64,000 nucleotides of DNA from an uncultured Actinomycetota bacterium. Its GTDB lineage: Bacteria; Actinomycetota; Actinomycetes; Propionibacteriales; Nocardioidaceae. Within the stretch, counting starts at the first letter, position 1, and each line of letters opens with the position of its first letter. The DNA lies in the NCBI GenBank assembly GCA_963795065.1, contig CAWCGI010000005.1, positions 1,725,087 to 1,789,086 on the forward strand, written 5' to 3'. Shown here one piece after another: positions 40,778 to 51,211 of the stretch. A program made the translations under genes and the position numbers. The notes under the pieces are model-generated. The model had not been told where the DNA came from, ran no database searches, and worked only from the letters and a program-made list of their open reading frames with translations.

Positions 40778-42331
40778 GTGGTGGTCTTCTTCGTCAAGCG
40801 GCTTCTGATGTCGCTGCTCGTCGTGCTCGTCTCGACCGTGATCATGTATGTCCTGGTCGACCTGGCCATCGACCCGCTCCAGGACCTGCGGACCAGCACG
40901 GCTCCGAACAAGGACGAGCAGATGGCCAACCGGATCGCCGAGCTCAGGCTCGATGACCCGGTGCTGCTCCGCTACATCGACTGGCTGCGGGGCGCAGCGG
41001 GCTGTCTCTACGGCAACTGCGACCTCGGCGAGAACTGGCTGACCAACCAACCCGTCACCAGCCTGCTCAGCGGTGCGGTCCTGACGACGATCCAGCTCGT
41101 CGGTGTCGCCACGGTCCTGGCGATCGTGCTGGGAGTCCTGGTCGGCATCGTCAGCGCGCTTCGTCAGTACACCGGCTTCGACTACTCGATCACCTTCTTG
41201 TCCTTCCTGCTCTACTCGCTGCCGGTCTTCTGGGTGGCCGTGCTCGCCAAGGTGTTCCTGGCGATCGACTTCAACGACTTCCTGCGAGATGCCCACTTCC
41301 CAGCCACGACGATCGTCGTCGCGGCGGTCGTGTTGGGTCTGGTCGTCTCGGCGGCCGTGGCCGGCTCCATGTCGACCCGCCTGCGAAGCTTCGCCATCAC
41401 CGCGGTCCTGATCACCGCCCTCCTCATCTACTTCAACATCACCGACTGGTTCACCAACCCCTCGATCGGCATCGTGCTGATCACGGTCAGCTCGGTCGCG
41501 TGGGCGTTCCTGGTCACGCTGCTGAGCACCGGACTCCGCAACCGCAAGGCGCTCTACTCCGCGCTGTCGGTGGCGGCTCTCGGCGCCGTGCTGTGGTTGC
41601 CGATGCTCTACGTCTGGGACTGGGCCAGGAGCGCAGACGTCCTCGGCTGGCCCCTGGTGATCGGCGCCTTCCTGGTCGCACTGGTGGTCAGCGCGGGCAT
41701 CGGCCTGGCCTGGGGCGGCCCGGACCGTTCGCGATCAGCGCGTACGGCGGCCCTGACGGCCATCCCGGTCAGCACGATGCTCTTCGTCGACCGGCTGATG
41801 GCCAGCTGGCCGTCGTACAACAACAACAACTCGATCAAGGGCCGGCCGATCGCGACGCTCGGCAGCAGCACGCCGAACCTGGAAGGCGACTTCTGGGTCC
41901 AGACGATCGACACCTTCACCCACCTGGTGCTGCCCACCGCCACGTTGATCCTGATCTCGTTCGCCGCCTACACGCGCTACTCCCGGGCCTCGATGCTCGA
42001 GGTGATGAACCAGGACTACATCCGCACGGCCCGGTCGAAGGGCCTGACCGAACGGACAGTGATCATGCGGCACGCCTTCCGCAACGCGTTGCTCCCGCTG
42101 GCGTCGATCGTGCCGATCGACATCATCACGCTCCTCGGTGGCGCGGTGATCACGGAGACCGTGTTCGGCTGGTTCGGAATGGGTCGCCTCTTCGTGGTCT
42201 CGCTCGCCGGCAACCAGATAGACCCGGTGATGGCCTACATCGTGATCGTCGGCATTCTCGCGGTCGCCGCGAACTTCGTCGCCGACCTCGTCTACGCGGT
42301 GCTCGACCCGAGGATCCGGGTGGCGGCATGA
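40778..42331 (+). CDS. ABC transporter permease (DppB/OppB type) with a large extra hydrophobic insert
   Basis: N-terminus is FFVKRLLMSLLVVLVSTVIMYVLV. The EAA-loop region is YIRTARSKGLTERTVIMRHAFRNALLP. About 200 additional residues with several TM helices sit in the middle. Start is uncertain (GTG 40778/40781; the ORF opens at 40712). Confidence 0.85.
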   Translation: MVVFFVKRLLMSLLVVLVSTVIMYVLVDLAIDPLQDLRTSTAPNKDEQMANRIAELRLDDPVLLRYIDWLRGAAGCLYGNCDLGENWLTNQPVTSLLSGAVLTTIQLVGVATVLAIVLGVLVGIVSALRQYTGFDYSITFLSFLLYSLPVFWVAVLAKVFLAIDFNDFLRDAHFPATTIVVAAVVLGLVVSAAVAGSMSTRLRSFAITAVLITALLIYFNITDWFTNPSIGIVLITVSSVAWAFLVTLLSTGLRNRKALYSALSVAALGAVLWLPMLYVWDWARSADVLGWPLVIGAFLVALVVSAGIGLAWGGPDRSRSARTAALTAIPVSTMLFVDRLMASWPSYNNNNSIKGRPIATLGSSTPNLEGDFWVQTIDTFTHLVLPTATLILISFAAYTRYSRASMLEVMNQDYIRTARSKGLTERTVIMRHAFRNALLPLASIVPIDIITLLGGAVITETVFGWFGMGRLFVVSLAGNQIDPVMAYIVIVGILAVAANFVADLVYAVLDPRIRVAA

Positions 42332-43395
42332 GTACGCCACTGGAGCCCACCGGGCACCTCGAGCCGACCGGTGGCGAGACGGTCGAGAACGCGATCGAGC
42401 TCAAGGACGTCGAGGGCCTCTCGCAGGGTCAGATCGTCCGGCGTCGCTTCTTCCGGCACCGCGGTGCGATCGCCGGGCTGGGCGCGTTGTTCCTCGTCGC
42501 CCTGCTCGCCTACACCTCGATCGGTGCCTTCGGCATCCCGGGCTGGTGGAAGTTCGACCACATCACGCCCGGCGACGTGGTCGACGGGGGCTCACCGAGC
42601 CTGAGCCTGCCCGGCTGGCTCGGCGGCAGCGGATTCGCCATCGGCGACCACCCCTTCGGCCAGGACGAGATCGGCCGGGACATCTTCGCGCGGGCCATGA
42701 AGGGGACCCAGACCTCGCTCAACGTGATGATCGTCATCAGCGTGCTCGCTGCCGTGATCGGGATGACCGTGGGCGCGCTCTCGGGTTACTTCCGTGGCGG
42801 CATCGACCAGGCACTGATGCGGTTCACCGACCTGTTCATCACCTTCCCGGTCGTCGTGATCGGCGCCGTGCTCGGCAAGCTCGCGGGTGGCGCCGGTCCC
42901 TTCTGGCTCGCTGTCGCGCTGGGAGCCATCACGTGGACGACACTGGCGCGACTCGTCCGGGGAGAGTTCCTGAGCCTCAGGGAACGTGAGTTCGTGGACG
43001 CGGCGAAGGTCGCGGGCGCCAGCAGCTTCCGGATCATGCGCAAGCACATGCTCCCGAACGCCATGGGCGTGATCATCGTGAACACGACTCTGCTCGCGTC
43101 GCAGGCGGTCCTGCTGGAGACGGCCCTGAGCTACCTCGGGTTCGGCATCAAGTCACCCGACGTCTCCCTGGGCACGATGATCTCGGAGTACCAGTCGGCC
43201 TTCTCGACGCGACCGTGGCTGTTCTGGTGGCCGGGGCTGTTCATCGTGATCATCGCGCTGTCCGTCAACTTCATCGGAGACGGACTGCGCGACGCGTTCG
43301 ACCCCCGGCAGAAGCGGATTCCGTCCGCCCGCAAGATGGCCAGGGCCGTCCGTGTCGACACCTCGCCCTCCTCGACCGACGAGGCCGAACGATGA
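42328..43395 (+). CDS. ABC transporter permease (DppC/OppC type)
   Basis: The ATG overlaps the upstream stop (ATGA). Contains REREFVDAAKVAGASSFRIMRKHMLPNAMG. The upstream part of the 631-aa ORF is out-of-frame overlap with the previous permease. Confidence 0.9.
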   Translation: MSTPLEPTGHLEPTGGETVENAIELKDVEGLSQGQIVRRRFFRHRGAIAGLGALFLVALLAYTSIGAFGIPGWWKFDHITPGDVVDGGSPSLSLPGWLGGSGFAIGDHPFGQDEIGRDIFARAMKGTQTSLNVMIVISVLAAVIGMTVGALSGYFRGGIDQALMRFTDLFITFPVVVIGAVLGKLAGGAGPFWLAVALGAITWTTLARLVRGEFLSLREREFVDAAKVAGASSFRIMRKHMLPNAMGVIIVNTTLLASQAVLLETALSYLGFGIKSPDVSLGTMISEYQSAFSTRPWLFWWPGLFIVIIALSVNFIGDGLRDAFDPRQKRIPSARKMARAVRVDTSPSSTDEAER

Positions 43396-43406
43396 CCAGC
43401 CGGGTC

Positions 43407-43937
43407 TCAGGCCAGGAGCGGCAGCACGACCGTGGCCAGAGCCAGCACCGTCAGCCCCGCGATCAGGGGCCAGTGCCAGGTGATGCGCGGTGCCGGACGT
43501 TCGAGCCTCCCGTCGTCGAGATGCCCGGCCGCCCGCAACAGCTCCAGCCGGTCGGTCACCGCGTCGGCTGCAGCGCTCTGCGCTCCCCGGGCGCGCTGAC
43601 GACCGGCCGGTGCAGCTGCACCCCAGGCGTTCACGGGGCCATACGCCGTCTCCAGGCGCAACCCGTAGCGACCGTCCACGGACTGCACGGCCGGCCACGG
43701 CACCTCCACGGTGCGCAGCGTGTTCACCACGGTGACCCCTCCGTCGGTCACGTCGACGCGGGGCTCCCAGAACGCACCCCAGCCCAGCAGTCCGAACAGG
43801 GCCAGGGGTGCGGCGAACTGCAGCACGGCGTCGGAACCGGCCAGCACGACGGAGGCCAGCCCGATCAGGGACAGGACTGCCATCGCGGCGCCCAGGCCCT
43901 GGGCAGAACGCGACCTCAGCTGCACCGTCGGTCCCAT
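43407..43937 (-). CDS. PH-domain-containing membrane protein (bacterial PH, CFP-6-like)
   Basis: ATG (cat 43935-37). Two TM helices are followed by RVDVTDGGVTVVNTLRTVEVPWPAVQSVDGRYGLRLE, typical of small bacterial PH domains. It lies on the opposite strand inside the ABC transporter cluster. Confidence 0.6.
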   Translation of the reverse strand: MGPTVQLRSRSAQGLGAAMAVLSLIGLASVVLAGSDAVLQFAAPLALFGLLGWGAFWEPRVDVTDGGVTVVNTLRTVEVPWPAVQSVDGRYGLRLETAYGPVNAWGAAAPAGRQRARGAQSAAADAVTDRLELLRAAGHLDDGRLERPAPRITWHWPLIAGLTVLALATVVLPLLA

Positions 43938-43993
43938 GGCGCCACCCTGACAGACGTGCCGACAGCTGTTACAGCAGGATCGAGAGGCAACTC

Positions 43994-45739
43994 GTGAGCA
44001 CACCCTCTGGCGACCACGCCCAGGACGCCCGGCAGCCCGTTGTCCCCGACGACGAGGGGCCGATCCTGGAGGTGCAGGACCTCAACGTCTCGTTCTTCGT
44101 CGACGGGGCGTGGTTCCCGGCGGCCATCGACGTCAGCTATCACGTCGACGCCGGCGAGGTGCTGGCCATCGTCGGCGAGTCCGGGTCCGGCAAGACCCAG
44201 TCCGCGATGACCCTGCTCGGGCTCCTCCCGGCGAACGGTCGCGCTGAAGGCAGCGCGAAGCTCAAGGGGACCGAGCTCGTCGGGCTGACCGGGGCTGGCA
44301 TGCGCCGGATCCGCGGCAAGGAGATCGCGGTGATCTTCCAGGAGCCGATGACCGCGATGAACCCGGTCTACACGATCGGCTTCCAGATCGTCGAGACCCT
44401 CCGGTCCCACTTCGACTTGTCGCCGAAGCAGGCGAAGGAACGCGCCATCGAGCTGCTCACGATGGTCGAGATCCCCGAGCCCGCACGGCGCTTCGACGCC
44501 TTCCCGCACCAGCTGTCAGGTGGGCAGCGCCAGCGCGCGATGATCGCCCAGGCACTCGCGTGCGAGCCGCAGCTGCTGGTCGCCGACGAGCCGACGACAG
44601 CGCTCGACGTCACCGTGCAGGCGGAGATCCTCAAGCTGATGCGCGACCTGCGCGAGCGGGTCAACGCCGGCGTCCTGCTGATCACCCACGACATGGGAGT
44701 GGTCGCGGACATGGCCGACCGGATCGTGGTGATGCAGCAGGGCCGGATCGTCGAGAGCGGCACGACGGACAAGATCTTCAACGACGCCCAGCACCCCTAC
44801 ACGCGTCAGCTGCTCGCGGCCGTCCCGCACTTCGGGTCGGTCACCGCAGCGCAGGCTGCGGAGCGCACCGAGCGGGAGCGGGTGGAGAGCCACGCGCAGG
44901 TCCGGACCCCGATCCTGGTGGCCGAGAACCTGGTGCTGGAGTACCCCAAGCGAGGCAACCAGCCGGTGTTCCGGGCCGTGGACGACGTCTCCTTGACGAT
45001 CAGCTCCGGCGAGGTCGTGGGACTCGTCGGGGAGTCCGGGTCCGGCAAGACGACGATCGGGCGCGCTGCCCTCGGGCTGCTGCCCGTGGCTGACGGCAAG
45101 CTGGAGATCGCCGGCATCGAGATGAAGGGTGCGAGCCGCAAGGACCTGCAGCCTCTGCGCGACCGCGTCGGCATCGTGTTCCAGGACCCCGGCTCGTCGC
45201 TGAACCCGCGCCTGCCGATCGGGGAGTCGATCGGGGAGCCACTGTTCCTGCACCGCCAGCTCAAGGGCAAGGCCCTGGGCGCCGAGGTCGAGAAGCTGCT
45301 CGACAAGGTGCAGCTCCAGCGCGGTTTCCGCAACCGCTACCCGCACGAGCTGTCCGGAGGCCAGCGCCAGCGCGTGGGCATCGCGCGGGCCCTGGCACTG
45401 GACCCGGAGCTCCTGGTCGCCGACGAGCCCACCTCGGCCCTCGACGTCTCCGTGCAGGCCAAGGTGCTCGACCTGTTCCAGGAGCTCCAGCGCGAGCAGG
45501 GCTTCGCCTGCCTGTTCATCAGCCATGACCTGGGCGTGGTGGAGATCCTCGCCTCGAGGATCGCGGTGATGTACATGGGCAAGATCGTGGAGCTGGGCCC
45601 GCGCGACCAGATCGTGCGCAACCCGCAGCACGAGTACACCCAGCGGCTCGTCTCCGCGGTTCCGGTGCCCGACCCGGCCGAGCAGCGCCGCCGTCGTCAG
45701 GCACGCGACGACCTCATCGCGCGCTCCGGGATCTCCTGA
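43994..45739 (+). CDS. ABC transporter ATP-binding protein, fused DppD/DppF-type double ATPase
   Basis: Two Walker A motifs (GESGSGKTQ, GESGSGKTT), two signature motifs (LSGGQRQR twice) and two Walker B motifs (LLVADEPT twice). Confidence 0.92.
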   Translation: MSTPSGDHAQDARQPVVPDDEGPILEVQDLNVSFFVDGAWFPAAIDVSYHVDAGEVLAIVGESGSGKTQSAMTLLGLLPANGRAEGSAKLKGTELVGLTGAGMRRIRGKEIAVIFQEPMTAMNPVYTIGFQIVETLRSHFDLSPKQAKERAIELLTMVEIPEPARRFDAFPHQLSGGQRQRAMIAQALACEPQLLVADEPTTALDVTVQAEILKLMRDLRERVNAGVLLITHDMGVVADMADRIVVMQQGRIVESGTTDKIFNDAQHPYTRQLLAAVPHFGSVTAAQAAERTERERVESHAQVRTPILVAENLVLEYPKRGNQPVFRAVDDVSLTISSGEVVGLVGESGSGKTTIGRAALGLLPVADGKLEIAGIEMKGASRKDLQPLRDRVGIVFQDPGSSLNPRLPIGESIGEPLFLHRQLKGKALGAEVEKLLDKVQLQRGFRNRYPHELSGGQRQRVGIARALALDPELLVADEPTSALDVSVQAKVLDLFQELQREQGFACLFISHDLGVVEILASRIAVMYMGKIVELGPRDQIVRNPQHEYTQRLVSAVPVPDPAEQRRRRQARDDLIARSGIS

Positions 45740-45784
45740 GCGAGCCGCTCCGCGCCGTCGGGCCGCCCGGATAGGCTCGCGGGA

Positions 45785-47197
45785 ATGGAAGGCCTCTTCG
45801 CGTACGACGGACCCGGGTCGGCTCGCGGGCCCTCGTCTGTCGGCGCGCCGTCAGGGGGCACGCTTGCCGGCAACACCCACGAGTCGGCACCCCTGGCCGT
45901 CCGGATGCGGCCGCGCGACCTCGACGAGCTCGTCGGCCAGCAGCACCTGCTCGCGCCGGGTGCGCCCCTGCGCCGGCTGGTCGAGGGCGACCAGCCGATG
46001 TCGCTGCTGCTGTGGGGCCCGCCCGGGACCGGGAAGACCACGATCGCCTCGATCGTCAGCGGGCAGACCAACCGCCACTTCATCGAGGTCTCCGCGGTCG
46101 CCGCCGGCATCAAGGAGGTGCGGGCAGCCATCGACAGCGCCCGGGCGCGGTTGGTGTCGTCGGGCCAGGAGACCGTGCTGTTCGTCGACGAGGTGCACCG
46201 CTTCACCAAGGCGCAGCAGGACGCCCTTCTCCCGGGGGTGGAGAACCGGTGGGTCACCCTGGTCGCGGCGACCACGGAGAACCCGTTCTTCTCGGTGATC
46301 TCCCCGCTGCTCTCGAGGTCGCTGCTGCTCACCCTCGAACCGCTGACCGATCTCGACGTACGCGGTGTGATCGAGCGTGCGCTCGTCGACCCCCGCGGTC
46401 TCGACGGCCGGGTGACGCTCGAGGAGGAAGCGCTCGAGCATCTCGTCCGGCTCGCCGGGGGAGACGCCCGGCGGTCGCTGACCTACCTCGAGGCGGCTGC
46501 CGGGGCGGCGGTCTCGACAGGCTCGACCACCGGAGGCGGCTCGACCACCGGGGCAGGGCCGTTCACCGTGGACCTGGCCACCACGGAGACTGCCGTCGAC
46601 CGGGCTGCGGTCCGCTACGACCGTCAGGGGGACCAGCACTACGACGTCACCAGCGCCTTCATCAAATCGATCCGCGGCTCGGACGCCGACGCGGCCGTGC
46701 ACTACCTCGCCCGGATGGTGGAGGCGGGCGAGGACCCGAGGTTCATCGCCCGGCGGCTGGTGATCCTCGCCAGTGAGGACATCGGCCTCGCCGACCCGAC
46801 GGCGTTGACGACCGCTGTCGCCGCGGCCCAGGCGGTACAGCTGATCGGGATGCCCGAGGCCAGGCTCAACCTCGCGCAGGCGACCCTCGCCCTGGCGCTG
46901 GCACCCAAGTCCAACGCGGTGATCAAGGCGATCGACGCCGCCAGTGCCGACGTCCGCGCGGGCAAGATCGGCCCGGTCCCGGCGCACCTGCGTGACGCCC
47001 ACTACGGCGGCTCGAAGAAGCTGGGCCACGGCCAGGGATACCAGTACTCCCACGACGCTCCCTTCGGGATCGCGGAGCAGCAGTACGCGCCGGACGTGGT
47101 CGCCGACGCCGAGTACTACCGGCCCACGAGCCTCGGAGCCGAGGGCGCGCTGAAGGAGCGGTGGGAGCGGGTCCGACGACTGATCCGCGGCAGGTAG
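45785..47197 (+). CDS. rarA: Replication-associated recombination protein A (AAA+ ATPase RarA/MgsA)
   Basis: Walker [10 protein letters not shown] and Walker [11 protein letters not shown]-terminal MgsA helical domain with [11 protein letters not shown]...HLRDAHY...[11 protein letters not shown]. Confidence 0.92.
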   Translation: MEGLFAYDGPGSARGPSSVGAPSGGTLAGNTHESAPLAVRMRPRDLDELVGQQHLLAPGAPLRRLVEGDQPMSLLLWGPPGTGKTTIASIVSGQTNRHFIEVSAVAAGIKEVRAAIDSARARLVSSGQETVLFVDEVHRFTKAQQDALLPGVENRWVTLVAATTENPFFSVISPLLSRSLLLTLEPLTDLDVRGVIERALVDPRGLDGRVTLEEEALEHLVRLAGGDARRSLTYLEAAAGAAVSTGSTTGGGSTTGAGPFTVDLATTETAVDRAAVRYDRQGDQHYDVTSAFIKSIRGSDADAAVHYLARMVEAGEDPRFIARRLVILASEDIGLADPTALTTAVAAAQAVQLIGMPEARLNLAQATLALALAPKSNAVIKAIDAASADVRAGKIGPVPAHLRDAHYGGSKKLGHGQGYQYSHDAPFGIAEQQYAPDVVADAEYYRPTSLGAEGALKERWERVRRLIRGR

Positions 47198-47208
47198 GGT
47201 CGGACACC

Positions 47209-47685
47209 ATGGAACCGCCCGTCCTGATCGCCGGCGCCGTCGGCGTGCTGGTGCTCGTCGCCTGTGTGCTCGCGCTCGCGCTGCGCAGCCGTTCCAGCTC
47301 CCGTCGAGAGCTGGCGCTCGCCCTCGCGGCGGCGCAGGCCGAGACGGCCGAGCTCCGCAGCCGCCTGGACGCGCTCACGGTTCAGCTCGACCGGCAGGCC
47401 GCCTCCATGATCAGGGTCGACGACCCCGCCTACGTGATCACCGACGCGGGTGCTCCCCGGCCCGAGCCGACGGTGGCCGACCGGGTCGTGCTCAGCGCGA
47501 CGGTGGGCGAACCCCTCGTGAAGGTGGTGGCGTTCGGGCACGGCGTACGACGGGCGCTGTCGGCCGAGTCACGCAACCGGATCTGGTTCGAGATGCGCAG
47601 GGAGGTCCGTCGCGCCCGCAAGCAGCGTCGTCGTGAGACCAAGGACGCGTGGCGCCGGATGCAGGCCGAGGACCGCGCCGCGTGA
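47209..47685 (+). CDS. Hypothetical membrane-anchored protein
   Basis: ATG 47209. N-terminal TM helix, coiled-coil-like segment and basic C-terminus. High GC3. Confidence 0.55.
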   Translation: MEPPVLIAGAVGVLVLVACVLALALRSRSSSRRELALALAAAQAETAELRSRLDALTVQLDRQAASMIRVDDPAYVITDAGAPRPEPTVADRVVLSATVGEPLVKVVAFGHGVRRALSAESRNRIWFEMRREVRRARKQRRRETKDAWRRMQAEDRAA

Positions 47686-47695
47686 GGACTCTGCG

Positions 47696-47968
47696 ATGAA
47701 CAGGAGCCTCTGGTTCGTGGCCGGCGCCGGCGCGGGCATCTACGCCATGGTCAAGGCACGCCGTGCGGCCGAGGTGCTCACACCCGAGGGCCTGCACGAC
47801 CGGATGGCCGGTCTCGGCCTGGGGGCCCACCTGTTCGCCGAGGAGGTGCGCGCCGGGATGACCGAGAAGGAAACCGAGTTGCGTGAGCGCCTCGAGTGGA
47901 CGCTTGATGGACCGAGACGGCTCGAGATGGCTCGAACCGCCCCTGCAGACCTGGAGATCACCGACTGA
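47696..47968 (+). CDS. Hypothetical small protein upstream of alaS
   Basis: ATG 47696 gives [23 protein letters not shown].... Its stop overlaps the alaS ATG (TGATG). Confidence 0.5.
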   Translation: MNRSLWFVAGAGAGIYAMVKARRAAEVLTPEGLHDRMAGLGLGAHLFAEEVRAGMTEKETELRERLEWTLDGPRRLEMARTAPADLEITD

Positions 47969-50695
47969 TGGACACCGCCGAGATCCGCCGCCGCTTCATC
48001 GGGCACTTCGAGGCAGCCGGACACCAGGCAGTGCCCTCCGCGTCGCTGCTCGTGCCGGATCCGAACCTGTTGTTCGTCAACGCCGGCATGGTGCCGTTCA
48101 AGCCCTACTTCCTGGGCCAGGAGAAGCCGCCGTACCCACGCGCCGTCAGTGTGCAGAAGTGCGTGCGCACCCCGGACATCGAGGACGTCGGCAAGACCAC
48201 CCGCCACGGCACGTTCTTCGAGATGTGCGGCAACTTCAGCTTCGGGGACTACTTCAAGCAAGGTGCCATCGAGCTGGCCTGGGACCTGGTCACCAAGCCC
48301 CTCGCCGACGGGGGCTGGGGCCTCGACGAGGCCAGGCTCTACCCCAGCGTCTACATCGACGACCCCGAGGCCGTCGCGCTCTGGAAGCAGGTGACCGGCC
48401 TGCCCGACGAGCGCATCGTGCGGCTCGGGCGCAAGGAGAACTACTGGTCGATGGGGGTCCCGGGTCCCGGTGGACCGTGCTCGGAGATCCTCTACGACCG
48501 TGGAGCCGCGCACGGCCCGGAGGCGGACTTCGCGTCGCTGGGGCTGGACATGCCGACCGAGCTCGAGGACCGCTACCTGGAGATCTGGAACCTCGTCTTC
48601 ATGCAGGACGAGCTCTCCGCGGTCCGGAGCAAGTCCGACTTCGACATCTCCGGCTCGCTGCCGAAGCAGAACATCGACACCGGCATGGGCCTCGAGCGGG
48701 TCGCGTTCCTGCTGCAGGACAAGCCGAACATGTACGAGATCGACGTGATGTTCCCGGTGATCGAGAAGACCGAGCAGCTCAGTGGCCGGCGCTACGGCGC
48801 GAACCCCGAGGACGACGTGCGCTTCCGGGTGGTGGCCGACCACATCCGCAGCTCGATGATGCTCATCGGCGACGGGGTGACGCCGGGCAACGAGGGCCGG
48901 GGATACGTGCTGCGACGCCTCCTTCGCCGGGCCGTGCGCTCGGTGCGGCTGCTGGGCTACGAGGACCGTGCGCTGCCGGAGCTGTTCCCCGTGAGCCGCG
49001 ACAAGATGTCGCAGGGCTACCCCCAGCTCGTCACGGACTGGGAGCGCATCTCGACCGTGGCGTTCGCCGAGGAGGACGCGTTCCGGCAGACACTGCGCAC
49101 GGGCACGCAGATCTTCGAGCAGGCCACGGCCGGCCTGCAGCCGAGCGGTGCCGACCTGCCGGCGTCCGGGAAGGCGCCCCAGCTCTCGGCGGACAAGGCG
49201 TTCGCGCTGCACGACACCTACGGGTTCCCGATCGACCTCACCCTGGAGATGGCCGCGGAGAAGGGCCTCTCCGTCGACGAGACCGGCTTCCGGCGGCTGA
49301 TGACAGAGCAGCGCGAGCGGGCCAAGGCCGACGCGCGCTCGAAGAAGGGGCAGCACGCAGCAACGGGGTCCTACCGCGCGATCGCCGACACGATCGGCGA
49401 GCCGGTGGAGTTCACCGGCTACTCCGAGGTGGTCAGCGAGGGTGCGGTCCGCGGGATCGTTGCCGGCGGCTCGAGCGTCGAGTCCGCGGGCGAGGGTGCC
49501 GAGATCGAGCTCGTGCTGGACCGCACGCCGTTCTACGCCGAGGGCGGTGGCCAGCTCGCCGACCAGGGGGTGATCGAGCTCGAGACCGGTGCCCGGCTCG
49601 AGGTGTACGACGTGCAGTCGCCGATCACCGGGCTGATCGTGCACCAGGCACGGGTGCTCGCGGGTGAGGTGACCGTGGGTGGTCGCGCGCAGTCCCTGGT
49701 CGACATCGAGCGCCGCCGCTCGATCAGCCGGTCCCACACCGCCACGCACATGGTGCACAAGGCCTTCCGCGAGGCCCTGGGGGAGACCGCCACGCAGGCC
49801 GGGTCCGAGAACTCGCCGGGCCGGTTCCGCTTCGACTTCTCGGCCACCGGTTCCGTGCCCGCCTCCGCCATGAACGACGTGGAGGCACGGGTGAACGACC
49901 TGGTGATGGCCGACCTCGGCGTGCACGCCGAGACGATGACCCAGGAGGAGGCCGTCCGCTCGGGCGCCATGGCGCTGTTCGGGGAGAAGTACGGCGACAG
50001 CGTGCGCGTGATCTCGGTCGGCGACTGGGCCCGGGAGCTCTGTGGTGGCACGCACGCCCAGCGTTCCGGCCAGCTCGGCGTGGTCAAGCTGCTCGGCGAG
50101 AGCTCCATCGGGTCCGGCGTACGACGCGTCGAGGCCCTGGTGGGCGGTGACGCCTACCAGTTCCTGGCCCGCGAGCACGTGCTCGTCGCGCAGCTCAGCG
50201 AGACACTCAAGGTGCGGCCCGAGCAGCTCCCCGAACGCGTCAACGACATCGTCGACCGGCTCCGCGTCGCGGAGAAGGAGATCGAGAAGGTCCGGCTGCA
50301 GCAGCTGCTCGCGGCAGGTGGCGAGCTGGCTGCGAACGCCGAGGACGTCGGTGGGGTGTCGTTCGTGGGCCACGAGGCCGCCGGGTGCCGGTGGTGGCGA
50401 CGTCCGCACGCTGGCCCTCGACATCCGCAGCCGTCTGCCGGGGGACCGGCCGGGAGCCGCCGCGGTCATCGGCACGGCCAACGGGAAGCCGTCGGTGGTG
50501 GTGGCCGTCAACGAGGCAGGCCGGGCCGCCGGACTCTCCGCGAACACGCTGGTGCGCGCGGCCTCGGAGGTCCTCGGCGGCAAGGGCGGTGGCAAGGACG
50601 ACGTGGCGCAGGGCGGCGGCTCGGACGTGAGCCGGACCGGTGCCGCGATGGCGGCGATCAGGCAGGCGCTGGTCGGCGAACAGCGCAGTCGCTGA
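47968..50695 (+). pseudogene. alaS: Alanine--tRNA ligase, frameshifted as sequenced (~50384)
   Basis: Contains [15 protein letters not shown]...[14 protein letters not shown]...WNLVFMQ...HTATHMVH. Frame 1 ends ...[28 protein letters not shown]...[13 protein letters not shown]...* continues in the +1 frame. There is an extra G in the GGG at 50383-85. Length is 2728 nt, which is 3n+1. Confidence 0.9.
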
Positions 50696-50702
50696 CCCGC
50701 GC

Positions 50703-51179
50703 ATGGACACCCACCTGTTCGGCGTACGCCTCGGCATCGACCCCGGCGACGCCCGGATCGGGGTGGCCAGCAGCGACCCGTCGGGGATCCTGGCCACTCC
50801 GGTGGAGACCGTCGCCCGGGGCGAGGGTGACCTCGACCGGATCTCCGCCCTGGTCGAGGGGCTCGAGGCCGTGCGGATCTACGTCGGTCTTCCGCGATCG
50901 ATGTCCGGGGGTGAGGGACCCTCGGCCGGTAAGGTTCGAGCGTTCGCGCGCGAGCTGTCCGACCGGGTGAGTCCGGTCCCGGTCAGGTTGTGTGACGAGC
51001 GTCTGAGCACCGTGACGGCTGAGGGGCAGCTGCGGAGCCAGGGGAAGAAGGGCAGGAAGCGCCGCGCGGTGGTCGATCAGGCTGCCGCTGTCGTGATCTT
51101 GCAGGGAGCCCTCGAGCGGGAACGACAGACAGGGGCGTTGGCAGGGGAGCCGGTGACGCCCGGGGACACGAGCGACTAG
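50703..51179 (+). CDS. ruvX: Holliday junction resolvase-like protein RuvX (YqgF)
   Basis: [17 protein letters not shown]...VGLPRSMSG...DERLSTVTA is typical YqgF. Confidence 0.85.
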   Translation: MDTHLFGVRLGIDPGDARIGVASSDPSGILATPVETVARGEGDLDRISALVEGLEAVRIYVGLPRSMSGGEGPSAGKVRAFARELSDRVSPVPVRLCDERLSTVTAEGQLRSQGKKGRKRRAVVDQAAAVVILQGALERERQTGALAGEPVTPGDTSD

Positions 51180-51211
51180 GACCGATGCGTTGAGCCAGAC
51201 CGGCCCAGAAG

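Noticed and set aside
41500-42327. N-terminal 276 codons of the 631-aa ORF (extended DppC permease)
   Set aside because: This part lies out of frame over the preceding permease gene and translates to Arg/Pro/Gly-rich sequence. The real start is the ATG at 42328, coupled to the upstream stop.
47740-50595. 951-aa ORF on the minus strand
   Set aside because: It is antisense to alaS, whose identity is unambiguous. The composition is the characteristic mirror of GC3-rich coding sequence, and no recognisable domains are present.
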